DNA of 64,000 bases from a virus. Of the stretch, positions 8,547-17,991 are shown piece by piece (within the stretch, counting starts at the first letter, position 1; each line of letters opens with the position of its first letter). The stretch is from IMG/VR virus record IMGVR_UViG_3300021963_000034, positions 32,001 through 96,000 of that record. One strand, written 5' to 3'. Under the pieces are notes generated by a model. The model did no database searches, was not told the origin of the DNA, and saw nothing but the letters and a program-made list of their open reading frames with translations. Both the position numbers and the translations under genes were made by a program.

Positions 8547-8641
8547 AGAAACTAAACTTCCTTCAACTCATTAAAGAGCAAAAACAAAAAGAAGAGAGGC
8601 GTCAAAAAGCATCTCTTGCTACTTTAGTAGCAGCAAAATAA
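8543..8641 (+). CDS. Short basic helical peptide (32 aa)
   Basis: MKKLNFLQLIKEQKQKEERRQKASLATLVAAK*; GGAGG RBS and ATGA coupling. Confidence 0.65.
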   Translation: MKKLNFLQLIKEQKQKEERRQKASLATLVAAK

Positions 8642-8644
8642 TTT

Positions 8645-8683
8645 AGAGAGGGACTTGACTCCCTCTCTTTTTTTATGTATAAT
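8645..8683 (+). terminator. Terminator fused with a sigma70 promoter
   Basis: AGAGAGGGA-cttgac-TCCCTCTCT plus T tract; TTGACT(8655)-17 nt-TATAAT(8678). Confidence 0.75.
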
Positions 8684-8706
8684 TACCTTTGTCGAGGTTA
8701 ATAAAC

Positions 8707-8892
8707 ATGGATCAAGAAAAGCTTAAGCTAATTGTCAGAAACCTTGAATCTCTGGTAGAATGTTTAAAGTCAGAGATTAGTTCTGATGAGGATTCTTTTA
8801 AACCAGAATTACAATATGAGGAAATTAAAAACTTTCTAAATGATTACGACGAAGTATTTTATGACGAGGAAGATGAATACAATGTTCGATGA
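8707..8892 (+). CDS. Hypothetical acidic protein
   Basis: MDQEKLKLIVRNLESLVECLKSEI; GAGG RBS. Confidence 0.7.
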   Translation: MDQEKLKLIVRNLESLVECLKSEISSDEDSFKPELQYEEIKNFLNDYDEVFYDEEDEYNVR

Positions 8893-9592
8893 TTTTGAAT
8901 TTATGAAACCAGAAGTAAAACTAATTAGTGTTACTCCTGACGCAGAAAAGCATATGGCATATTGTGCTCGCGTAAGTAACCCTGCAAATCAGGAGAATGA
9001 AAAGTTCTCTGGACTACTCAAGTATTGTATTCAACATCAGCACTGGAGCATCTTTGAGCAAGCAAGTATGACTGTAGAAATTAATACTACAAGAGGTATC
9101 GCAGCTCAGATTTTACGTCATAGGTCATTTACATATCAAGAATTTTCGCAACGATATGCTGATGCTAATCTTCTGAATAATACTATTCCTCTTCCTGAAC
9201 TTCGTCGTCAGGATACAAAGAATCGTCAGAATAGTATCGATGATATTCCGGACTATCTGCGTCTAACTTTGACAGAAGATGTCCGCGTCCATTTTGAGAG
9301 TGCTCTACGCCTCTACAACCGCCTTCTGGAGAAAGGAGTGGCAAAGGAGTGTGCAAGGTTTGTACTGCCCTTAGCAACGCCTACAAGACTCTATATGACC
9401 GGTTCTGTAAGGTCATGGATCCATTATATTGATCTTCGTTCTGCACATGGTACACAGAAAGAACATATGGAGATTGCAGAACTTGTTCGCTGTATCTTTA
9501 CCTGCCAGTTCCCTGCGGTATCTGAAGCACTTGGTTGGACTCGTGAGGGATGTGTAGAATGTGTTGATCCACCTTCAGTCACTATTGAATAA
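8882..9592 (+). CDS. thyX: Flavin-dependent thymidylate synthase
   Basis: HWSIFEQ, RHRSFTYQEFSQRY ThyX motif. Confidence 0.97.
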   Translation: MFDDFEFMKPEVKLISVTPDAEKHMAYCARVSNPANQENEKFSGLLKYCIQHQHWSIFEQASMTVEINTTRGIAAQILRHRSFTYQEFSQRYADANLLNNTIPLPELRRQDTKNRQNSIDDIPDYLRLTLTEDVRVHFESALRLYNRLLEKGVAKECARFVLPLATPTRLYMTGSVRSWIHYIDLRSAHGTQKEHMEIAELVRCIFTCQFPAVSEALGWTREGCVECVDPPSVTIE

Positions 9593-9621
9593 ATATCCTT
9601 ACATACTATGGAGGTGTAACA

Positions 9622-9870
9622 TTGGCAACGTATCCAGTTTATAATAAAGTTACTGGTGAACAAAAAGAAGTTGTTCTCAGTGTTCATGATTGGGATCAGT
9701 GGAAAAAAGATAATCCAGATTGGGATAGAGATTGGTCTGATCCATCAACTTGTCCTGCATCTGGAGAAGTTGGTGAGATTTATGATCGACTTATAAAATC
9801 TCATCCAGGATGGAATGATGTTCTTCATAAAGCATCAAAAGCACCAGGATCAAAAGTAAAACCAATTTAA
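9622..9870 (+). CDS. Conserved T4-like cyanophage protein (TTG start)
   Basis: GGAGG RBS; MATYPVYNKVTGE...HPGWNDVL. Confidence 0.75.
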   Translation: MATYPVYNKVTGEQKEVVLSVHDWDQWKKDNPDWDRDWSDPSTCPASGEVGEIYDRLIKSHPGWNDVLHKASKAPGSKVKPI

Positions 9871-9877
9871 TCATTCT

Positions 9878-10630
9878 ATGGCAAGAAGAAGAAAAGAAGA
9901 CCAACCAATTGGTGTTGGGATGACTGCTAAGCAGATGAAGCGTAAAAAACCAATCAATCTAGATTTAATTAGAGAGATTGAACCACTAACAGATAATCAA
10001 AAACTTTTATATCAAGCATACGAAAAGGGACAAAATATCGTTGCATATGGATGCGCAGGAACAGGTAAGACATTCATCACGCTTTATAACGCTCTTCAAG
10101 ACGTACTTGATGAAAGATCTCCTTACGAAAAGATTTATATCGTTAGGTCTCTTGTTGCTACCCGTGAAATTGGTTTTCTTCCTGGTGATCATGAAGACAA
10201 GTCATCACTTTATCAAATTCCCTATAAGAATATGGTGAAGTATATGTTTCAGATGCCAGATGATGCGTCGTTTGAAATGCTTTATGGAAATCTAAAACTT
10301 CAAGGAACAATTAGTTTTTGGTCTACTTCCTTTATTCGTGGAACTACTCTGGATAATGCAATCATCATTGTCGATGAATTTCAAAACTTGAATTTTCATG
10401 AACTTGATAGTATCATTACTCGTGTAGGTGAAAATAGTAAGATTATGTTCTGTGGAGATGCTACTCAAAGCGATCTTATTAAAACGAACGAAAAGAATGG
10501 AATTATCGATTTTATGAAAGTTCTTCGCGTGATGCCTTCAATTGATATTATTGAATTTGGAGTTGATGATATCGTCCGCTCTGGATTTGTGAAGGAATAT
10601 ATTCTTGCTAAAATGGAAGTCGGTGTATGA
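9878..10630 (+). CDS. phoH: PhoH-like ATPase
   Basis: GCAGTGKT, EIGFLPG, RGTTLDNAIIIVDEFQN, GDATQSD. Confidence 0.96.
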   Translation: MARRRKEDQPIGVGMTAKQMKRKKPINLDLIREIEPLTDNQKLLYQAYEKGQNIVAYGCAGTGKTFITLYNALQDVLDERSPYEKIYIVRSLVATREIGFLPGDHEDKSSLYQIPYKNMVKYMFQMPDDASFEMLYGNLKLQGTISFWSTSFIRGTTLDNAIIIVDEFQNLNFHELDSIITRVGENSKIMFCGDATQSDLIKTNEKNGIIDFMKVLRVMPSIDIIEFGVDDIVRSGFVKEYILAKMEVGV

Positions 10631-11307
10631 GTTTTATTCATTGTAATTACTTAGGTGATCTTGAATTAGAAAAGAAAGAAACAAATGGCATCCGCTTGTA
10701 TAATCTTCCTGATGGTCAGTGGGTGCCATCAATTACATCTGTGACTTCTTTTTATAATCGCGATATCTTTATTAAGTGGAGAAAAAGAGTAGGACTGGAA
10801 GAGGCAAATCGAATTACTAAAAGAGCCACTGCAAGAGGAACCGATTTTCACCAAGTCTGTCAAGATTATTTGGAAAACAAAGAACTTGATTGGAATGATT
10901 ATCAACCAATGACAAAGATAATGTTTTCTTACGCAAAACCTTATCTTAATAAGATAAATAATATTCATGCAATTGAAAGGACACTTTATTCTGAATATTT
11001 GGGACTTGCTGGAAGAGTAGATTGTATTGCAGAATACGAAGGAGAACTAGCAGTAATAGATTTTAAAACATCTGAGAAGATTAAACCCGAGGAGTGGATT
11101 GAAAATTATTTTGTTCAAGAAACTTTTTATGCTGCAGCATATTACGAACTCACTGGTCAGGTTGTTAAGAAACTTATTACACTCATGGTAACTCCTGGTG
11201 GAGAAGTGAAAGTATTTGACAAAAGAAACAAAGGCGACTATATTAAACTATTAGTTCGTTATATTAAAGAATTTGTACATCACAATACTAGGTCAGATGG
11301 AGAATGA
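10627..11307 (+). CDS. PD-(D/E)XK (Cas4-like) exonuclease
   Basis: PSITSV, RGTDFH, LAGRVDCI, IDFKTS. Confidence 0.9.
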   Translation: MSFIHCNYLGDLELEKKETNGIRLYNLPDGQWVPSITSVTSFYNRDIFIKWRKRVGLEEANRITKRATARGTDFHQVCQDYLENKELDWNDYQPMTKIMFSYAKPYLNKINNIHAIERTLYSEYLGLAGRVDCIAEYEGELAVIDFKTSEKIKPEEWIENYFVQETFYAAAYYELTGQVVKKLITLMVTPGGEVKVFDKRNKGDYIKLLVRYIKEFVHHNTRSDGE

Positions 11308-11554
11308 ATTAGAGAAAGCATTAGAAAGTAAGTTTTTTTGTCCCTCTAAATTCGCACAAGAAATCGAAAATCTTGTACAAGTTAATGTTGAAATGAACTA
11401 TATCGATGCCATTGTTTATTTTTGTGAACAAAATAACATCGATATAGAGTCAGTGCCAAAACTTATTTCAAAACCATTGAAAGAGAAAATTAAGTATGAA
11501 GCAATGGAACTTAATTTTTTAAAGAAAACATCTCGTGCTAAATTAGTTTTTTGA
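11297..11554 (+). CDS. gp33: Late transcription coactivator gp33
   Basis: NYIDAIVYFCEQNNIDIESVPKLISKPLKEKI. Confidence 0.92.
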   Translation: MENELEKALESKFFCPSKFAQEIENLVQVNVEMNYIDAIVYFCEQNNIDIESVPKLISKPLKEKIKYEAMELNFLKKTSRAKLVF

Positions 11555-12151
11555 ATGATTCCTTTTGATGCTTATAAATGTTATTTGTCTTTGAAAAATC
11601 ATTTTACCAAAGACAATTATGATTACCATAAGTATTGTGGTAAAAGTAGAGCAACTCTTCAATCTTTTTATAGAAGAAAAGATAGGATGTGGTTTGAAAA
11701 AGTTTCCAGACAAAAATCTGATAAAGAGGTAGAAGAGTTTTTCGTCGCCAATTTCGTATCATGCAATGATCCAGAAACTCTCTGGATTGGAGAAATGATT
11801 AAAGATGGTGAAGGAAGATATACTGAATGGAAAAAGAAAATACAATCTCTTTCATATATCTTTAAACAAGAAACAGAAAATTTATTTTCTGAAAACAAAT
11901 TTGAGGATGTTTTTAAGTGTTCTAAGGGACATCCTCCAATCTTAAAAAAGTTCCTGAACGGTAATATTAGCCTAGAAACTCTAGTCATATATGATAAAAT
12001 ATTCCTGTTCGGGAATGACTTTGATAAGAAACTTCAAGACCCGGTATGGCAAACCGTCAGTCGTAGGATTAAAAAATATAATCCATTTCTAAATATTGAT
12101 GTATTTCGTTACCGAAAAATTTTAAAGGAAGTAGTTCTAGGAGAAAGATGA
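11555..12151 (+). CDS. gp59: Helicase loader gp59
   Basis: YKCYLSLKNHF..YDYHKYCGK; ISLETLV; synteny with gp33 and gp32. Confidence 0.9.
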   Translation: MIPFDAYKCYLSLKNHFTKDNYDYHKYCGKSRATLQSFYRRKDRMWFEKVSRQKSDKEVEEFFVANFVSCNDPETLWIGEMIKDGEGRYTEWKKKIQSLSYIFKQETENLFSENKFEDVFKCSKGHPPILKKFLNGNISLETLVIYDKIFLFGNDFDKKLQDPVWQTVSRRIKKYNPFLNIDVFRYRKILKEVVLGER

Positions 12152-12492
12152 GTTTTTTTAATTCTGAAGTTGTACGTGCTGAGATGGTAGAAATATCTGA
12201 ACTTCAAGAGGAAATTTATGGAAGTGTCTTTAAATTTCCAGCTATGACGAAAGAAGATAAAATTAAGCATGTTGATCTTTTAGAAAAACTTTTGAATAAG
12301 CAACAAATTCTTTATACTCGTTTAAGTTTATCTGATGATCCTGAAGCTCAGGAAATGAAAAAACGGATAACAGAATCTGCTTCTATGATGGGTCTTCCTT
12401 CTGGAGTGGACATGAATATCATCTTTGGTAATATGACTAAGATGCTTGAAGTGATGAGGAAACAGATTGACAAGACTGGTTCCGACCTGTAG
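12148..12492 (+). CDS. DUF1825-like protein
   Basis: MSFFNSEVVR...YTRLSLSDDPEA. Confidence 0.75.
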   Translation: MSFFNSEVVRAEMVEISELQEEIYGSVFKFPAMTKEDKIKHVDLLEKLLNKQQILYTRLSLSDDPEAQEMKKRITESASMMGLPSGVDMNIIFGNMTKMLEVMRKQIDKTGSDL

Positions 12493-12495
12493 AAT
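12467..12495 (+). promoter_or_regulatory. Sigma70 promoter for gp32
   Basis: TTGACA-17 nt-TAGAAT. Confidence 0.7.
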
Positions 12496-12539
12496 AACGA
12501 AGTACACAAAGGCCAAATCTCAACAAATAAGAGGTACAA

Positions 12540-13493
12540 ATGTCTAATTTTGCAAATCTTAAAAAGCAATCTTCGCTTGGTTCATTGACTGAGAAACTAG
12601 TGAAGCAAGTCGAGAAGATGAATACCACTTCTGGTGGTGCTGATGAACGTCTCTGGAAACCTGAGATGGATAAAACTGGAGTAGGTTCTGCAGTTGTTCG
12701 TTTCCTGCCTGCTCCTGATGGCGAAGATGTTCCTTGGGTAAAGATGTATACTCACGCTTTCCAAGGTCCTGGTGGTTGGTATATTGAAAACAGTTTGACT
12801 ACGATTGGTCAAAAAGATCCTGTTAGTGAATACAATCGTGGTCTCTGGAATAGTGGTAGCGAGAAAGATAAGGAAACTGTTCGTAAGCAAAAGCGTAAAC
12901 TTTCTTACTACAGCAACATTTATGTTGTAAAGGATCCTGCTAATCCATCTAACGAAGGTAAAGTATTTCTCTTTAAGTATGGTAAGAAGATCTTTGATAA
13001 GATTCTGAATGCTATGCAACCTGAGTTTGATGATGAAGATCCGATCAATCCTTTTGACTTCTGGCAAGGTGCAAACTTCAAGATCAAGATCGTGAAGAAA
13101 GATGGTTATTGGAACTATGATAAGTCTGAATTTGATCGTGTTGCTCCTCTTCTGGATGATGATGACGCACTTGAAGCACTTTGGAAGAAAGAGTATTCTC
13201 TGACTGCAATCACTGCTCCAGATCAGTTTAAGACTTATGAAGAACTTGAGAAGCGTATGAATTACGTTCTTGGTGTTGGTGGAACTAATACACCCACTCA
13301 GTCTCGTGCAGTAGTTGAACAGGAAGATGTATACGAGTCTTACAGTTCTCCCGTAACCCGTGAGGATAAAGTTATGGAAGAACTTGAGCAGTCTTATACT
13401 CGTTCTAAGTCTCCTTCACTTCCAGTTATCTCTCAAGATACTGATGATGAAGATGACGCTCTTTCTTATTTCCAGCGACTTGCTGAAGATTGA
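12540..13493 (+). CDS. gp32: Single-stranded DNA-binding protein gp32
   Basis: DERLWKP, AVVRFLPAP, WYIENSLTT, YGKKIFDKI, acidic tail. Confidence 0.97.
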   Translation: MSNFANLKKQSSLGSLTEKLVKQVEKMNTTSGGADERLWKPEMDKTGVGSAVVRFLPAPDGEDVPWVKMYTHAFQGPGGWYIENSLTTIGQKDPVSEYNRGLWNSGSEKDKETVRKQKRKLSYYSNIYVVKDPANPSNEGKVFLFKYGKKIFDKILNAMQPEFDDEDPINPFDFWQGANFKIKIVKKDGYWNYDKSEFDRVAPLLDDDDALEALWKKEYSLTAITAPDQFKTYEELEKRMNYVLGVGGTNTPTQSRAVVEQEDVYESYSSPVTREDKVMEELEQSYTRSKSPSLPVISQDTDDEDDALSYFQRLAED

Positions 13494-14504
13494 TTATTCA
13501 GAAAGTTTAATATTGTGCGCTTTCTTTAGGGTATCACTCACATACTGGGTGCTACCCTTTTTATATGGCATAATATCTTCTAAGTCATTAAACATTACGT
13601 TCAGATAACTTGGTTTTAGTATAAAGATATTTCTTTTTCTATTTTCAATTTCAGATTCATATTCAAAATTTGTAACTGATCTTAAAATTGATGATGAAGG
13701 TAATAATGAGTAATAGTTTAGTCCTGCATCATAAAATTCGTAGTAGTATGAATTTCCTCCAGTTCCCACTTGAAAAATAACTTCCTCGCTGCCATTTGTA
13801 CTTAAAGTTGGTGTTGCGGAAATTGGTGTTCTTGGTAATTCATATGTAAATGAAACTGCAATGTCATCGAATGGAACATACGCGGAGGTAACTTCAAATC
13901 TACCATTGAATATTCTTTCTGAAATATTGTTGATATTAACTTCAGAACCAACGTTTAATCCTTTTATGCCGTTGTTTAATGTTATGGTTACTGTTTTTGA
14001 TGGTGTTCTGCCATCTCCAGAAAATATTTGAGTAATTTTTGAGTTATTCACTTCAATAAAATTACCGCTAGTCTTCCATGTATTTGGCATTTTTAATCCA
14101 GCAGGTAAGACAACAGCACCTCTAGAATCTGTAGTTCCTATAGTTTCATAGTGATGAACACCAGAGTATAAGTTTTCATATGATCCATATTTGTTTAGGA
14201 GAACTTCATCAAATACTGATAGTGGCAAAGGCCATTCTGTTTGAACACTGAGAATATTATTGGACAACAATACCACCCAATCTAGAGTTTCATCTCCGTA
14301 GACTTTATAAGCAACATTGTCTGGTCTATCACCTCCTTGGATTTGATATTTTTCAAAGAAAGAAAGATTTCCAAAAATGTCTTCTCTAAGTTTCCCTCTC
14401 TTGAATAAATTTTTTACAGGAACACTGTCTGTAATTGAACTATATTGAGTAGTTCTATCTACATATTCGAAGTTTGGTACTTGTCTGAAATATGGTTTTG
14501 CCAT
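13494..14504 (-). CDS. gp53: Baseplate wedge protein gp53
   Basis: YFRQVPNFEY, GDRPDNVAYKVYG..LDWVVLLSNNI..EWP, HHYET. Confidence 0.9.
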   Translation of the reverse strand: MAKPYFRQVPNFEYVDRTTQYSSITDSVPVKNLFKRGKLREDIFGNLSFFEKYQIQGGDRPDNVAYKVYGDETLDWVVLLSNNILSVQTEWPLPLSVFDEVLLNKYGSYENLYSGVHHYETIGTTDSRGAVVLPAGLKMPNTWKTSGNFIEVNNSKITQIFSGDGRTPSKTVTITLNNGIKGLNVGSEVNINNISERIFNGRFEVTSAYVPFDDIAVSFTYELPRTPISATPTLSTNGSEEVIFQVGTGGNSYYYEFYDAGLNYYSLLPSSSILRSVTNFEYESEIENRKRNIFILKPSYLNVMFNDLEDIMPYKKGSTQYVSDTLKKAHNIKLSE

Positions 14505-14507
14505 TTT

Positions 14508-15758
14508 TTAGTAACCTATTGGGTGATCTGTGTAGTCTGTACTGTATATTGGTTCTAGTTCTTGGAATGATAATGTCATTGTATATGCAACCATAGTTCC
14601 ATCATCATAAGTCATGTAGGTTCCCAGTGGCGTATAGTCAACCGCACAGTTTAGAAGAGCACATTCTTTAATTTGATTTATGCCAGTGTGGGTTGTTTCT
14701 CCTCCTTTAAGTTTATATTCGATGAAAAAAGTTTTTGGAGCCTTAAGGAAGATATTATCATCTGTTTTTCTTGGTGCCATATTTTCCTTGAAAAACTTGA
14801 TAATTTTTTTGATGTTATTCGCTTCTCTCTTTTCTCTTGCTGACATTTTAAATGTAAAGTCAAAAGGTCTTAGTTGTGGACCAGTAAAGAGAAGTTCTAA
14901 GTTTGGGTTCAATACTGAACCAAATCTTCCAAGTAGGTTTTGAATACCTACTGCTTCTCCTGCAAGGGCAACTCTTACTTCGTCTCCATACTTAACGACA
15001 TTTGCCAGTGCCTTATTGCCACTCTGCTCAAAAGCTGTACCTAAATCTTTGGTTGTTTGTGCTTTCATAGCATTGAGAGACAAGTTCACAAGTTCTCTGT
15101 CAACTACATTTAAACTTGCACCTTGCCAATCAACTGAGTTTGAATCTGTAATAGAGGCTTGAATTGGTAAAAATACATGTGGACCAGATCTAGTCTTTGT
15201 TCTGTTTGGAGAACTGAGACCAGATGATAAATTTCCACTTGCTTGATATTCAACTGCAGTAAATTTAATTCTATCTTGATCTGTCCCTCTCATTCCAAGT
15301 GGGTAAATTAATACGCCATCATCTTGTGGTTTTTGTTGTTGTATTTGTTGAGTTGGATTACTTCCACTCTGCTGGTCTGGAGTTCCAGCAGTACTAGCAG
15401 TATTTCCACTTCCACCACCAATCTGACTTAACGTTGATTGTTGTATTGGAGTGCCGATAGGTTCAAAGAAAGTTTTTTCAGTTGATCTTACTTGATCTCT
15501 TCTAACTTGATTTAAAGTTGAGTTTGGATTTGCAAGAAGTTTTTGTTCTTCTGCGGAAGCGTTGACTGTGTTTATTGATCTAGCAACAGGACCACCACCA
15601 GCTGGAGTTGCGTAACCCGCAATAGGTACATCGTTTTTTCCTTGAGAATCTGTTCGAAATAAAGTAGTACTAAAAGTACCATCTCCTTGATCGGTTACTT
15701 GTGTTCTATAAAAATTGTTACCTACTTTATTGACACCGCTTACTGCAATTTTTGCCAT
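14508..15758 (-). CDS. gp48: Baseplate tail-tube cap gp48
   Basis: NPNLELLFTGPQLRPFDFTFKM; CAL..CAVDYTP; LSFQELEP. Confidence 0.88.
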   Translation of the reverse strand: MAKIAVSGVNKVGNNFYRTQVTDQGDGTFSTTLFRTDSQGKNDVPIAGYATPAGGGPVARSINTVNASAEEQKLLANPNSTLNQVRRDQVRSTEKTFFEPIGTPIQQSTLSQIGGGSGNTASTAGTPDQQSGSNPTQQIQQQKPQDDGVLIYPLGMRGTDQDRIKFTAVEYQASGNLSSGLSSPNRTKTRSGPHVFLPIQASITDSNSVDWQGASLNVVDRELVNLSLNAMKAQTTKDLGTAFEQSGNKALANVVKYGDEVRVALAGEAVGIQNLLGRFGSVLNPNLELLFTGPQLRPFDFTFKMSAREKREANNIKKIIKFFKENMAPRKTDDNIFLKAPKTFFIEYKLKGGETTHTGINQIKECALLNCAVDYTPLGTYMTYDDGTMVAYTMTLSFQELEPIYSTDYTDHPIGY

Positions 15759-15773
15759 TAGACACAGCGTTTT

Positions 15774-16172
15774 TTATTTATTTAGACGGAATTTTGCATA
15801 AGGTATAGAAAGCATTTCATCAAGTTCTTCATATTTAACAGTATATAATTTTCCCGCAACTTCTTCCCAAGTATAATTTCTATATTTTTCCCAATGAAAA
15901 TTGATTCCTCTGAATCCCCAATTTTTAAGATCTACGCAAGCAATTAAAGGATGTTGATCGTATTCAATATCTGGAGTTTTTGGATTATATACAAATGTAT
16001 AAAATTTTCCTATTTCTGGATATAATGCATCTTCTTTTAATACTTCCATAATAATTAGCATTAAATCTTCTGGGTCGTTAGTTCCTGCATCAATAATTTT
16101 TTTTCTAAGTTCTCTCATTCTTGGTGGAACGTTAGAATACTGATTAGAATACTGACCAAAACCCTCTGCCAT
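15774..16172 (-). CDS. DNA end-protector gp2-like protein
   Basis: GKFYTFVYNPKTP..YDQHPLI..GFRGINFHW; adjacent to gp4. Confidence 0.65.
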   Translation of the reverse strand: MAEGFGQYSNQYSNVPPRMRELRKKIIDAGTNDPEDLMLIIMEVLKEDALYPEIGKFYTFVYNPKTPDIEYDQHPLIACVDLKNWGFRGINFHWEKYRNYTWEEVAGKLYTVKYEELDEMLSIPYAKFRLNK

Positions 16173-16624
16173 TATTTGATACCTAATTCGTTTTCTGTAA
16201 TTATGAGGAACTTAATCATTCTGTCTTCGCACCATTCTCGAATAGAATTCCATTTAGATTGATTAACAGCATATGTATTTACTTCATTAATATATGTTTT
16301 TGTTTTCTTATTTCCTTGAACTGGTGGTATAGTTTGTTTTCTTGGTTTTATTTCTATAACATATTTCTGTGTTTTTCCGTTACTTTCTAATACTTCAATA
16401 ATAAAATCTGGAAAGTATCTACATACTCGTTGTTTTACTGGATTATAATATGGAATACAAAATTCTTCTGAACCATATTTCAAAATATTAGAAGACCTAT
16501 CACACCATTGCATAAATTTAAGTTCCCATCCACTACGATATACTATGTTTTGAGGATCTCCAATATATTTTTCTGGATTTCTTGGATGGAAATACCCTTG
16601 ATGATACTTTGGTTCACGACGCAT
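16172..16624 (-). CDS. gp4: Head completion nuclease gp4
   Basis: PEKYIGD..IVYRSGWE, GSEEF.IPY, YFPDF, IEIKP, ITENEL. Confidence 0.93.
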   Translation of the reverse strand: MRREPKYHQGYFHPRNPEKYIGDPQNIVYRSGWELKFMQWCDRSSNILKYGSEEFCIPYYNPVKQRVCRYFPDFIIEVLESNGKTQKYVIEIKPRKQTIPPVQGNKKTKTYINEVNTYAVNQSKWNSIREWCEDRMIKFLIITENELGIK

Positions 16625-16973
16625 TTTTCCAACCTTTATGCGATTTTCTCTTTCTAGATAAAAGTTCTGATAGGTGACCCGTACTTAAATTTAATTCTTT
16701 TGCTGCTTTAGTAATACAATCAAATTCAAAAATTTTTCCATCTTTTATAATTTTTCCACCCTTATGTAAATGTGGTTTACTTTTTTGTGCAGATAAACTC
16801 ATTTTCTTTTTAGTTTTTTCTGAATGTTTTTTTCCTAACATTCCAGGAAAATGATATCCGCTTTGAGTGTATTCAAAAGTTTCTTCATATGTTGTAGCAC
16901 CATCTACATTAAAAAGTTCGCATAATTTTGTTGTATCAAATTTATACATATATGTTTTAATACTTTCTGCCAT
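16614..16973 (-). CDS. NUMOD3/NUMOD1 DNA-binding protein with no evident nuclease domain
   Basis: GKKHSEKTKKKMS; FDCITKAAKELNLSTGHLSELL..RKSHKGW. Confidence 0.75.
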   Translation of the reverse strand: MAESIKTYMYKFDTTKLCELFNVDGATTYEETFEYTQSGYHFPGMLGKKHSEKTKKKMSLSAQKSKPHLHKGGKIIKDGKIFEFDCITKAAKELNLSTGHLSELLSRKRKSHKGWKNAS

Positions 16974-17012
16974 TTTCCAGCATACATAATATAATAGTAA
17001 AAGTATTTATAA

Positions 17013-17942
17013 ATGCCTGGAAGAGAGGACTTAATCCAAAGAAATATAACCAGAGCAGCAGCACAAGGACAACCTCCTGTGCCCGGAGTTCCACTACCTT
17101 CGAATAATTTTACTTCAGGATCAGGAAGTAGTCCGGGAAATGCCAATCCATCTATGAATTCAACGGCAGAGGTTCCTTCTGGACCAAAACCACAAAGAGT
17201 TCCTAATTATGAAATAAAATCAAAGTTATTAAGACCTGCATTAACTTCACATTTTCAATGCATTTTTAATCCACCCAATGTAGATACCATAAGAAGATAC
17301 TATCTGGAAGGTGGAAAAATAATTACTTTATTGTGCAGTGAAGCCTCTTTACCAGGTTCATCCGTTCTTACTAATGAAATCAATGATGATTATACTGGCG
17401 TAACCGAGAGAATAGGTTATCGTAAACAGTATGATGATAGAGCAGACTTTACTTTTTATGTTGATCAAGGAACTCAGAATGGTGGTTATAATGTAATTAG
17501 ATTGTTTGAAGAATGGATAAGATATGCTATGGGTGAAAAGGAGACAACTGGTGCAAATTATAGTTATAGAGTGAGATTTCCAGACGAACCTGGAAGTGGA
17601 TATAGGACTGATATGTTCATTCAAAAATTTGAAAAAGATTTTGGTGGAAATTATTTGGAGTATGTTTTCGTAAAGGCATATCCAATTAGTATTGCATCTA
17701 TGCCAGTTTCTTACGATTCTTCTCAATTACTAAAATGTACAGTTTCTTTTACTTACAATCGTTATGTTCTTAGATTACGTCAGAATGTGCAAGAAAAAGA
17801 ACCACAACCATCAACACCACCAGGAGTTCCAAAAAAACCAGAATATTATGGACCTGGATTGCCTGGAGAACAAGCAAACGAACTTCGAAGAGGTCTCCTT
17901 GAAGACTTTATTGTAAGACAGCAAAATAATCCTCTTTTTTAA
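17013..17942 (+). CDS. Baseplate tail-tube initiator (gp54/gp19-like)
   Basis: LLCSEASLPGS, FTFYVD, AYPISIASMPVSY, CTVSFTY. Confidence 0.8.
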   Translation: MPGREDLIQRNITRAAAQGQPPVPGVPLPSNNFTSGSGSSPGNANPSMNSTAEVPSGPKPQRVPNYEIKSKLLRPALTSHFQCIFNPPNVDTIRRYYLEGGKIITLLCSEASLPGSSVLTNEINDDYTGVTERIGYRKQYDDRADFTFYVDQGTQNGGYNVIRLFEEWIRYAMGEKETTGANYSYRVRFPDEPGSGYRTDMFIQKFEKDFGGNYLEYVFVKAYPISIASMPVSYDSSQLLKCTVSFTYNRYVLRLRQNVQEKEPQPSTPPGVPKKPEYYGPGLPGEQANELRRGLLEDFIVRQQNNPLF

Positions 17943-17991
17943 TATCTAATAAAAACAATAAATAATCACACTGAAACTTCTATAGGACATT

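Noticed and set aside
10627-11307. Cas4-like nuclease as a sign of CRISPR-Cas
   Set aside because: Core T4-like cyanophage exonuclease in its usual phoH-gp33 context; no array or other cas genes seen
13480-13510. Convergent genes abutting with no spacer (also at 40179/40180)
   Set aside because: Ordinary compact organisation; no further signal seen
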